This document shows positions 10,716-21,715 of a stretch of DNA of 64,000 bases, piece by piece. Origin of the DNA: Macrostomum lignano (taxonomy: Eukaryota); contig NIVC01003488.1 in assembly GCA_002269645.1 (NCBI GenBank), positions 31,331-95,330 on the forward strand, read 5' to 3'. A model generated the notes under the pieces. It ran no database searches, had not been told where the DNA came from, and saw only the letters and a program-made list of their open reading frames with translations. Each line of letters starts with the position of its first letter. The stretch's first letter is position 1. The position numbers and the translations under genes were made by a program.

Positions 10716-13700
10716 TCATTCATCACCAGCATCGTCTTTGTACAGCACTAGCAGACAGGGCGACAGCTGCCTGGGATCGAACACCAGGTATTCCCTAGCC
10801 AAGTTATCGTCGCCTTTGTAAGCCGAACGGCCAGGACACAGCAGCGATTGGTAGCCGGCCGAGGGGCCGGCGCGGCCGCGGCAGGGCGACACGACGGTCT
10901 CGGTGGCGCCGAGGGCCGCCCAGACGAGGAGCAGCATCCCGGATGGAGCGTACAGGGCAGCCGTGAGCGGCGAGGGACTCAAATAGAAGCCTAAGCCGAA
11001 TGCGCCCTGGCAAAGTGTTGCATTTTTAAAAGATAATGTTCATCGATTTTACGTCGCCTAAAATTTAAGTCTTACTAAAATAAGCGACTTTTGCCTAAAA
11101 ATACATTAAAATGCTTCTTGTTTACTTTCTACTGAACTGCAAGTAGTTTACACGCAAATCTAGTTATTATTTATATAGGTTGGTTGTAGCCTAGTGGTTA
11201 CAGCGTCGGACTCACGACAGAAGGTCGGGGGTTCGATTCCCGGTCCCACTCGGAACAATTTGTGTCTTTGAGCAAGACACTTAACTCTGCATTGCTTCAG
11301 TTCACCCAGCTGTAAAATGGGTGCCAGCATTAGCTGGGGTAATTGAGGGTGTGTGTGGCGACCCCCCCTCCCCCCAGTCCTTGGACTGAACAGCCGTACG
11401 CAGCCTTCAGATGCGCTGCGCAATAGCTGCGGCTGAGCTGTCGGTTGGACATCTGGCCTCATTGGGGCAGGTGAAATCAATTATTAATATTCAAACTATC
11501 TGTAACTTCTTTACACGGCTAGTGAAGGGCCAGAGAGGGCAAGCAAGGTGCCCCTACCTGCTCCATGTGCTCAGCTCCGGTGAATCCGCGCTCTAGCAGA
11601 GCCTCGCAGGCCTCGGCCCGCCGTGGTCCGCACAGGTACAGCTGGGTGCACTGCGCGTGCTGCTGCTGCTGTTGCTGGCGCCACAACTCGGACAGAGCGG
11701 TCGCGGGTTCGCGCACCGCAATGACCCGGTGCCGACCATTCGGCGCCCGGGGATCGGAGTTCAGACCGCGCTCAATTCGCGCGGCAGCTTGGCGCCAGCG
11801 CGCTGGAACAGCCGGATCGGTTTTTTCTACGGTGGCGGCGCTCTCTGGCGCGTCCGACAGAGAAGCCGCCTTCTGAGGCCCGTCAGCTGCCTCGCCGCCT
11901 TCGGCACCGACCCCAGTCGCTAAGCGCAGCTGCTCGGTGAGCGAGCGAATCAGGTCGTCCCTGGACTGCACCAGCAGGCGGAGATGGGCCAGCTCGTGGC
12001 GCATTCGTTCGAATAGAATTGTTTGGGAGTTTAGAGACTTAACCTGACAAATGCAAGTTGGGGATGGATGAGTGCGAGTTACGCATCGGCTTATATAGAT
12101 AAGCACTGAAAACGCCTGGGGTAGTTAGTGGCGGCAACGATACTTAAAAAATTAGGAGGGTGGCGGCACATCAAAGGACAGGAGTTATAGCGGCACCTCA
12201 AAGGATCGGGGAGGTATAGCGGTACATCAAAGGATCGGGGAGGTATAGCGGCACATCAAAGGATCGGGGAGGTATAGCGGCACATCAAAGGATCGGTGAG
12301 GTATAGCGGCACATCAAATGATACGAGTTATAGCGGCACATCAAAGGATCGGTGAGGTATAGCGGCACATCAAATGATACGAGTTATAGCGGCACATCAA
12401 AGGATCGGGGAGGTATAGCGGCACATCAAAGGACCGGGGAGGTATAGCGGTACATCAAAGGATCGGGGAGGTATAGCGGTACATCAAAGGATCGGGGAGG
12501 TATAGCGGCACATCAAAGGATCGGGGAGGTATAGCGGTACATCAAAGGATCGGGGAGGTATAGCGGTACATCAAAGGATCGGGGAGGTATAGCGGTACAT
12601 CAAAGGATCGGGGAGGTATAGCGGTACATCAAAGGATCGGGGAGGTATAGCGGTACATCAAAGGATCGGGGAGGTATAGCGGTACATCAAAGGATCGGGG
12701 AGGTATAGCGGTACATCAAAGGATCGTGGAGGTATAGCGGTACATCAAAGGATCGGGGAGGTATAGCGGCACATCAAAGGATCGGGGAGGGAGCGGCGCA
12801 TCAAAGAAATCCATAGCCTCACCTGCTGAGCCCGATTAGCGAAGAACTGCCGTTCCATCTCCTTGGCTTCGAGCCGAGGCGAGTAGGTCAGGGCCGGGTG
12901 ATCGGGCGCGAAGGCGGACCAGGGCGGGTGGTAGGACATGATAGTGCAGTTATAAAACTGATCAGCGAACTCTTTCCATTTCTCGTTCATCACAGGGTCG
13001 GTGATGAAGCCCCAGCGGGCGAAGAAGGACACGGCGTCGGGATCGGCGTGGACAACCACAGCGGAGTGGCGGCCCACGATGGCGGGATCCTTGAGGCTGC
13101 GGAGCAGGGCGCTGCCCAGGCCAGCCCGGCGGAACCGAGATCGGACGGCCAGGAAGACCAGGTGGACGACGCGCTCGCCCTCCACAGTTTTCAAATCGAA
13201 GGTGGCCGCCCCCGCGAGCCGATCCACAACGGCGGGGTTGGCGGCTTTGGCTTCATTGGTTGAGCTTTCTGGTGCGCCTTCTGTGGCACCTGGTTGGAGT
13301 TGGTTGGGGTTGATTGGAGTTGCTTGCTCTTGGTTGGAGTTGGTTGGAGTTGGTTGGTGTCGCTTGGAGTTGGTTGGCGTTGTTTCGAGTTGATTGGTGT
13401 TGTTTCGAGTTGGTTGGTGTTGCTTGGAGTTGGTTGGTGTTGTTTCGAGTTGATTGGTGTTGCTTGGAGTTGGTTGGCGTTGCTTGGAGTTGGTTGGTGT
13501 TGTTTCGAGTTGATTGGTGTTGTTTCGAGTTGGTTGGTGTTGCTTGGAGTTGGTTGGTGTCGCTTGGAGTTGGTTGGTGTTGCTTGGAGTTGGTTGGTGT
13601 TGTTTCGAGTTGGTTGGTGTTGCTTGGAGTTGGTTGGTGTTGCTTGGAGTTGGTTGGTTGGTGTTTGCGCAATGTACATGTTGGGCTGTTAGCCACCGAG

Positions 13701-15545
13701 TTTGACTGTGTACTTTCGAAGCCAGTGGACAGTGGGGTGTACTTTTGGACGAATAGCTGTGTGCATTCGGGCGAGTAAGGGTAGGTGTGTACTTCTGGCT
13801 TGAGCAGGAGTGTACTTTTAGAGAAAGTAGAGCGTGTACTTTTGGGTTTCAGGGTGGGCGGAGCGTGTTGGTCATTAGTTGATCAAGGCTGCTCAGATCC
13901 GCTCTAGCCATGCTGATGAGGCATCCGCCCAGCTCACCGTCAGCCGCCTTTATCCGATCAGCCGCTCGAGCCTCAAATTGAATTCGCGATTCCAGCTGCC
14001 GCCGGATGAAGCCGCGATAACCGACTGAGAAATCATCTTCATCATCATCGTCGTCCTCATCTTCCCATTCGCCGTCGCCGTCGCCACCGGTCTCGCCGTC
14101 CTCATCAGACGAGTAGAACTGCACAAAGTCGGAGGTTCGCTCCGGCTCTGGCTCAAAGTGGTCCAGCTCGGCCTCGTCTGGCGGAGTGTACTTTGCTAAC
14201 AGCGGCACGTACAGGGCCTTGCGAGCCTGCGCCAGGGCCTCTCCGATTGGCTGAGGCTCGACCGCCGGGTCGCCAGATGCCGAACTATTAATCAGGCAGT
14301 TTCACGGACGGAGTGGTGCAACATGGGCAGGTACTCGGACACACAAGCTACTCTGAAGCAATAGATATCCCATTGATCCTTCACATCCCCCAGCTAGATA
14401 GCCAGTAGATATCCCGTTGATCCTTCACATCCCCCAGCTAGATAGCCAGTAGATATCCCGTTGATCCTTCACATCTCCAAGCTAGATAGCCAGTAGATAT
14501 CCCATTGATCCCCAAGCTAGATAGCCGGCAGATATCCCATTGATCCCCAAGCTAGATAGCCGGCAGATATCCCATTGATCCCCAAGCTAGATAGCCGGCA
14601 GATATCCCATTGATCCCCAAGCTAGATAGCCGGCAGATATCCCATTGATCCCCAAGCTAGATAGCCGGCAGATATCCCATTGATCCCCAAGCTAGATAGC
14701 CGGCAGATATCCCATTGATCCCCAAGCTAGATAGCCGGCAGATATCCCATTGATCCCCAAGCTAGATAGCCGGCAGATATCCCATTGATCCCCAAGCTAG
14801 ATAGCCGGCAGATATCCCATTGATCCCCAAGCTAGATAGCCGGCAGATATCCCATTGATCCCCAAGCTAGATAGCCGGCAGATATCCCATTGATCCCCAA
14901 GCTAGATAGCCGGCAGATATCCCATTGATCCCCAAGCTAGATAGCCGGCAGATATCCCATTGATCCCCAAGCTAGATAGCCGGCAGATATCCCATTGATC
15001 CCCAAGCTAGATAGCCGGCAGATATCCCATTGATCCCCAAGCTAGATAGCCGGCAGATATCCCATTGATCCCCAAGCTAGATAGCCGGCAGATATCCCAT
15101 TGATCCCCAAGCTAGATAGCCGGCAGCTATCCCAGCTCAGCCCTTACCTCTCCTCCTGCTGTTTCTGCAATTTTTTCCTCTCAGCAGCCAGAGCTCTCTC
15201 TGCCCGCGCCTCAGCCGCTGCCAAAGCCTCCTCAGGCTCTCGCACAGCAACCAGACTGTAGGTATTATCCCCAGACACAGTCGAATAGATAATCTCAGTC
15301 TCCATGGAACCCAGAGCAACATCGTACAGCGCGGCGAGAGCGTGCACCAAATCCTGCGCCGGAATGCCGGCAACTTGACAAGCGGATTTAAATGTTGGAT
15401 TTAGAAGCCGTTTAATATTGACCAGGTAAACTGAGAGCCGGTGACGCCCGGACGGGCCGTAAGGAACCGACAGGTCTGTCAGACAGACCGCCGGCTGCCC
15501 AACCAGCAGCTGCTTGACGATGCCCTCCAGGTTGCGGCTGCTGCT
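10716..15545 (-). CDS. GNAT acetyltransferase - coiled coil - PARP-like ADP-ribosyltransferase fusion protein, 5' end unresolved. Exons about 15545-15148, 14284-13938, 13289-12823, 12043-11558, 11006-10716.
   Basis: All four junctions are GT-AG and phase-compatible (2,1,0,0). GNAT: VHLVFLAVRSRFRRAGLGSALL and HADPDAVSFFARWGF, like the Gcn5 motif A and YADNYAIGYFKKQGF. PARP-like: LYLCG..ALLERGF..GAFGLGFYLS..AALY..MLLLVWAALG..GYQSL..EYLVFDPRQLSPCLLVLY. Confidence 0.85.
11178..11465 (+). mobile_element. tRNA-derived SINE, family 1 (CORE/Meta-like central domain)
   Basis: A-box TAGCCTAGTGG, B-box GGTTCGATTCC, central TGTGTCTTTGAGCAAGACACTTAACTCTGCATTGCTTCAGTTCACCCAGCTGTAAAATGGG resembling the MIR/CORE domain; second copy at 15775-16047. 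Confidence 0.85.
12165..12800. repeat. 29-bp intronic minisatellite (GGCACATCAAAGGATCGGGGAGGTATAGC)n
   Basis: Direct reading; lies in intron 12822-12044. Confidence 0.95.
13290..13665. repeat. 20-bp intronic minisatellite (TGCTTGGAGTTGGTTGGTGT)n
   Basis: Direct reading; abuts the acceptor of the GNAT exon. Confidence 0.95.
14365..15135. repeat. 35-bp intronic minisatellite (GATATCCCATTGATCCCCAAGCTAGATAGCCGGCA)n
   Basis: Direct reading; homogeneous copies. Confidence 0.96.
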
Positions 15546-15774
15546 TCAGCAGTAGAGAAACTGCAAATCCGATCAGTTTAAGCTGACAATGTTATCTAGA
15601 TTTTCTATTTTTGTATGGCACCCTGACTATGGATCTTAAATTCAAAAATGTAATTTAGATTCAGACAATAAAACCTATAGCCCCCATGCAAGAAATATTT
15701 TCTCAGTATACTTTCTCAGGATACTACTAGAGACTAATGGAGACTAGTGGATACTAATAGAGACTAGTAATAAT

Positions 15775-16047
15775 AATAGGGCCAGATGTGCAACCGACAG
15801 CTCAGCCGCAGCTATTGCGTGGCGCATCTGAAGGCTGCGTACGGCTGTTCAGTCCAAGGACTGGGGGGTCGCCACACACCCTCAATTACCCCAGCTAATG
15901 CTGGTACTCAATTTACAGCTGGGTGAACTGAAGCAATGCAGAGTTAAGTGTCCTGCTCAAGGACACAAATTGTTCCAGTGGGACCGGGAATCGAACCCCC
16001 GACTTCAAAGTTGTGAGTCCGACGCTCCAGTCAGGAGGCTACAAACC
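15775..16047 (-). mobile_element. tRNA-derived SINE, family 1, second copy
   Basis: Reverse complement of 11178-11465 with scattered substitutions (GGAATCGAACC is the B-box on the minus strand). Confidence 0.85.
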
Positions 16048-16059
16048 TCGCTACTAGAT

Positions 16060-16830
16060 TACAGGATACTAATAGGGACTACTTGATACTAATAGGGACT
16101 ACTGGATACTAATAGGGACTACAGGATACTAATAGGGACTACTGGATACTAATAGGGACTACTGGATACTAATAGGGACTACTGGATACTAATAGGGACT
16201 ACTGGATACTAATAGGGACTACTGGATACTAATAGGGACTACTGGATACTAATAGGGACTACTGGATACTAATAGAGACTACTGGATACTAATAGAGACT
16301 ACTGGATACTAATAGAGACTACTGGATACTAATAGAGACTACTGGATACTAATAGGGACTACTGGATACTAATAGAGACTACTGGATACTAATAGGGACT
16401 ACTGGATACTAATAGAGACTACTGGATACTAATAGGGACTATTGGATACTAATAGAGACTACTGGATACTAATAGGGACTACTGGATACTAATAGAGACT
16501 ACTGGATACTAATAGAGACTACTGGATACTAATAGGGACTACTGGATACTAATAGGGACTACTGGATACTAATAGAGACTACTGGATACTAATAGAGACT
16601 ACTGGATACTAATAGGGACTACTGGATACTAATAGAGACTACTGGATACTAATAGAGACTACTGGATACTAATAGAGACTACTGGATACTAATAGGGACT
16701 ACTGGATACTAATAGAGACTACTGGATACTAATAGAGACTACTGGATACTAATAGAGACTACTGGATACTAATAGAGACTACTGGATACTAATAGGGACT
16801 ACTGGATACTAATAGAGACTACTGGATACT
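16060..16830. repeat. 20-bp minisatellite (ACTGGATACTAATAGGGACT)n
   Basis: Direct reading. Confidence 0.97.
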
Positions 16831-17859
16831 AGTAATTGCTACATTTTACAGCAAAATTTAGGCCTTAGAAAAGCTTATAACAATTTTCTTGGGCTTGTGG
16901 GTCTACAATAAAGTACATCATGTAGTTATTCACAATGAAAACATTGTAGATCAATTAGTTTATCTACAGCATATTATATATCGCTATGGAAATAAATGTA
17001 CAAAAAGAAACCCAATTAAAATCATTGTAGCAACATAATGAAAACGTGAAAATTAGTTCGATGCACATTTATAATCAAATAGCACGCGCACTAGAAACTA
17101 GTTAAAGTAGCATAATTAAGCGGATAAATTTAATCTATAAAACCCCTGCATTAAGGATGCACTGCAGGTCAAGTATTAAAAGAGAAATTAAGTGCAGAAC
17201 GAATTAGCGTACCAAACAACATATAAAAACAGAACTAAAAAGACAATGCCAGGACAACATAATATCGCTCTGAATTGCTTATACAATATTGAATGAATAA
17301 CCAGCATCTCAAGAAGATTTTGATTGCTATATAAAAAACAGCTAGCTTATAAGGAAAGACACTGATAGAGTAATTAAATCGCGCAGAATGTAAGACAGAA
17401 TTTCAATTCACGCGAAATATTATTGTGAAATTAAAACAAAACATTATTTTGTAGTTTCCAATGAGCCTATCGCTTTGAAGTGCACAGAAGCCAAACTGTG
17501 TTGTCCAATAAAAAATTACCGAGTACTATCACATGGGCTATGACAGAACAAAAGACCAAACAGTAAAATCATGCACAAATCTGTACAGTACACAACAGGT
17601 CAACATTATAACAAAGAAAAAAAGGTTTCTGTCGCATTGAATGTATAATAACATAGGGGTGCAATAAAGAATATCAATCAGCTTTCAGTCATTCATTCGC
17701 ATTGCACAGCTCAGTAAATGCACCGCTTTAACGCTTAGTGTAAGCTAGAATTCAGTTCGACCGCTTGCATACGTTTAGTACTGGTTATTATTAATTACCT
17801 GAGATCCTCAAACACAATTTGAAATCCCTAATCCTAATCCTGAAATTCTAAATCATGAT

Positions 17860-18110
17860 ATCAGATCCTCAATTACAATCTGAGATCCTCAATTACAATC
17901 TGAGATTCCAAATGACAATCTGAGATCCACAATGACAATCTGAGATTCCCAATGACAATCTGAGATCCACAATGACAATCTGAGATCCCAAATGACAATC
18001 TGAGATCCCAAATGACAATCTGAGATCTCAAATGACAATCTAAGATCTTCAATGATAATCTGGGATCCCTAATGAAAATGAGATTCCTATTGTAGTATGA
18101 GATCCCTAAA
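17860..18110. repeat. 20-bp minisatellite (AATGACAATCTGAGATCCCA)n
   Basis: Direct reading. Confidence 0.9.
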
Positions 18111-18144
18111 TCAGAATCTGTTATAATCCCAGATTTCGAGGGGG

Positions 18145-18430
18145 AGGAGAACGCAGCAGCTCACCAGTAAACGCGCCTGACTCTCGTACCAGGACCCCTG
18201 CTTCGATTCCGTGCCATTCATTTGGGGCTTGTTCACACCCATTACCCATGAGGCCCAACCCCCAAGGCATAGAGAGTGCACATGCCTGACGAATAGAAAG
18301 TCAGGGCCGCTGTACATCCTGTGTGAGCGTACAGCATTGGTGCACTTGTGTGTGCTCAGGAGTCAGTCGAATGGGCGGAATTGCCTCAGCGACACGATGT
18401 CGCCGATGGCCCCAGATATCACAGATAGAA
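18145..18430 (+). mobile_element. SINE-like dispersed repeat, family 2
   Basis: B-box-like GCTTCGATTCC, then block GAGGCCCAACCCCCAAGGCA..AAAGTCAGGGCCGCTGTACA shared with 37240-37330 and its mirror at about 47430-47520. Confidence 0.6.
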
Positions 18431-18580
18431 AGCAGATAGTGAACCGCAGTGACGCATTGAATTTCAGAACTTTTCCGAATATTTAGGGCCAATCCTAACA
18501 AGTGATCCTGGGAAATCCCAAATCCTAGCAACAGATCCCAGAGACCGCTTCAGAGCCCTCTGGATCCCGACTTTCTCCAT

Positions 18581-20104
18581 TCATCCGGCCGCGGCCGTCC
18601 GCCCAGACAAGTTGGCCCTGGCCACGGTGTAAACAGCCAGGCCAATAACAATGAGCACAACGGCCAGTATGAGCAGCAGCAGAGCCCGATTCTGCACCAC
18701 CCTGCGCAGCATGCCGCTCAGTATCCGACTGCTGGCGCCCAGATCCCTATCGGCGCCGCGTAGCCGGTCTCGGCCGCGCTCCAGCGTCTCCCGCTGTCCG
18801 GCCAGATCGGCCAGAATGGTCCGGCCAACTTGTTGAGTTGTTTCAACACTGCCAAGGCCTTCGTCGATACGACGACCGGCACGTTCGAGACGTTCGGTAT
18901 TGTCCAGCAGGCGGGTGCGGTAGTCGGAGGCCAGCTCGTCGTGGCGATGCTGCAGCGACTGTTCGGCCTCCGACAGAAGCTCGTCTCGATCCCGCTTGGC
19001 CTGGCCGGCCTCTCTGGCAGTTCAAATGAGGATTGGGGATAAATCAGTGGATCTAGGAGGATTCGTAACCCAGATGAGCTCTAGGAGTGGCGAGGGACCA
19101 AGATGAAGACCTGGGAGGATTGGGAAACCAAGATGAGGATCTGGGAGGATTGGGAAACCAAGATGGGGATCTGGGAGGATTGGGAAACCAAGATGAGGAT
19201 CTGGGAGGATTGGGAAACGAAGATGGGGATCTGGGAGGATTGGGAAACCAAGATGAGGATCTGGGAGGATTGGGAAACGAAGATGGGGATCTGGGAGGAT
19301 TGGGAAACCAAAATGGGGATCTAGGAGGATTGGGAAACCAAAATGGGGATCTAGGAGGATTGGGAAACCAAAATGGGGATCTAGGAGGATTGGGAAACCA
19401 AGATTGTGATCTGGGAGGATTGGGAAACCAAGATGGTGATCTGGGAGGATTGGGAAACCAAGATGGGGATCTGGGAGGATTGGAGATTAAGATTGGGGAT
19501 CTGAGAGGATTAGGGGTCAGGGAGAGTTGTGGGATCAAGATAGGGATTCGAGAGGATTGGAGATTAAGATAGGGATCTGAGAGGATTTGGAGATTAATAT
19601 GGAGATCTGGAACCATTGGGAAACCAATAGTGTTCTGGGAGGATTGATGGGTCAAACTGGGATCTGGGAGATCGGGAGGATCTGTGAGTAGAGCGGCAGC
19701 ACCCAGAGGATCAGTGAGTAGGGTGTGGGCCCCATTTACCTAGCCCGACGAAAATCCACCTCCAGTTTCTTGTGCTCGGCGGAATAGCTCTGCAGCCGGG
19801 TGGTGTACTTCTGCCTGAGCGATGGTGGCTGGCTTCGTATCTCCAGCTCCAGCTGTTCCAGGGTCTCCTTGGCCTCGGCAAACAGCCGCTCTGCTTGGCT
19901 AATAGTGGTCACTCGGTCATCTATAGATACACAAAAATAGTAAGTTATTGATTTTTGGACACAAGAATAGCAGACAATATATCTTATTTATTTATGTAAA
20001 GTGACCTCACCTGTACTTGATAGGTGACTAATCTGGTTAATTTTACTAGTTATCTCGGCTGTTGTTATGCCAAACTGCTGCTCATAGGTCTCCAGTAAGG
20101 ACAT
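18581..20104 (-). CDS. VTI1A: Vesicle transport v-SNARE VTI1A homolog, 235 aa, 3 exons (20104-20011, 19920-19740, 19013-18581)
   Basis: MSLLETYEQQFGITTAEITSKI.., EAKETLEQLELEIRSQPP, RLLDNTERLER, ASSRILSGMLRRVVQNR plus a C-terminal TM helix; collinear with VTI1A; GT-AG introns in phases 1 and 2; 708 nt. Confidence 0.95.
19085..19500. repeat. 30-bp intronic minisatellite (GATCTGGGAGGATTGGGAAACCAAGATGGG)n
   Basis: Direct reading; inside VTI1A intron 2. Confidence 0.95.
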
Positions 20105-20512
20105 TATATTGTCTGAAATACATTTAAATGCCATTTTATGTTTTACTATGCTGGGGTCTCTGAAATATCTACTGCTGGCTCCAAATTTTGTTATTACAAG
20201 ACTATAATTAATTTCTAAAGATAAGTTAGAATATTAGTCCGAGTGTTTCTTACTTTATACTGATAGCGTTCTTACTTATTATATACTTTATTCTATTTTA
20301 TTATATGCCTAGAATTCCTTGCATATATTTCTTAGAATAAATCTTGTAAATATCTCTCAGTAATCTCAGTATTTGATCATCTAGCTCTTGAGCATTACCA
20401 AGATTAGAGGTTCATAACTTTCTTAATACTAGATATATATAATATATATATATTCTTTAAGATCTACTTTGCTTTTTCTAATAATTGCAGCATTCTACTT
20501 ATTAGTAGTATA

Positions 20513-21715
20513 TCTCTACATGTAAAAATGAAAACTGTGTGTCCATCTATAGACATTTTGTTCGCTAAGGACTCCCAAACTACTAAAACCAAATTACATT
20601 AAATTTTGCACCCACCCTAAACTCACTATGGAGAATATCATAGGCTACTTTTAAATTTCCGAAATTTGAGTCTTTCTACCTAAAAGTGCAAAAAACTGCT
20701 TAAAATGCGCGATGTTTTCACTAAATCCTTTATAGCGCCGCTCTACTTCTACCAATCATCATTAAATTTGACACAAATAATCTTTAACTATTTTGACACA
20801 ATCGTGTAAATTTCTAGTCTGAAATTTAATCCTGAACGGCGCTGTGCACTTTTAAATTTAGGCTGTTTTTGTCAGCGAGACAGCCACCCCAACCTCTGCC
20901 TGCCTCTCTTTCCCCTTATCTGGCGAGATGTGGAAAATGGGTTTGAAAATTGACTATTTTTCAGCTGCTATAAGTTTGCTCCACATAAAGCGATTGACTT
21001 CAAACTTGACACAATTCTTCATTGACTCATTCTTTGTCTAAATGTAAAGTTTCAACTCTGTATCTTAATCAGAACAGAAACTGTAAGCATGTGAGATTAG
21101 AGAGGAGAAAAGATATGAGACAAGAGAGAAAGAGAGAGAGAGGAGTGAGCAGAGAGAAATGAGAAGAGATAAGAGAGAAAAGATAAAAGAGAAAAGAGAG
21201 ATAAGAGAACAAAGATGAGAGAGAAGAGAGAGGTAAGGAAAGAGATAATAGAAGAGATTTGAGGAGTGAGTGGAGAGAGGAAAAGAGAGAGTTGAGAGAA
21301 GAGAGGAGAAAGGAGAAAGGAGAGGAGAAAGAAAAGAATAGAGGGGAGAAAGAAGAGATGAGAGAAGAAAGAAGAGAGGAGAGGAGAGAGATGAGACAAG
21401 AGATGAGAGAGAAGAGAGGGAATAGAAGAGAAAATAGAAGTTTCATTCAAAGGATGCAAGGGACATAGGGAAAGGCAGAGGTAGAGGCCAGAGTTTGCTT
21501 GACATTCTGCGCAGAATACCAGCCAACAATATCAATGTTTGTCTCAAATCCTAATTTTATACAAATGTACTCTATTTTATATTCAACTCTATCCTAACTA
21601 TTAATAAGTTTTTTCTGAGTTTTACCTCAGATTTTAGAATACATGCAAAAATAGTTCTGGGGATTGGAGTTCCCTGGGTTCAAAATCTGCGGGCTTCAAC
21701 AGCTTGTTGAAGCCC
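20513..21715 (+). mobile_element. Possible non-autonomous Helitron-like element with internal GA-rich tract
   Basis: A|TC start TCTCTACATGTAAAAATG.. and CATAGGCTACTTTT motif recall animal non-autonomous Helitrons; perfect 11-bp hairpin GGGCTTCAACA-GCT-TGTTGAAGCCC at 21691-21715; 3' CTRR terminus not clean. Confidence 0.3.
21075..21440. repeat. Degenerate GA/GAA-rich low-complexity tract
   Basis: Direct reading. Confidence 0.9.

Noticed and set aside
11178-11260. tRNA gene
   Set aside because: A/B boxes are present but there is no complete cloverleaf, and the sequence continues into a SINE body found twice
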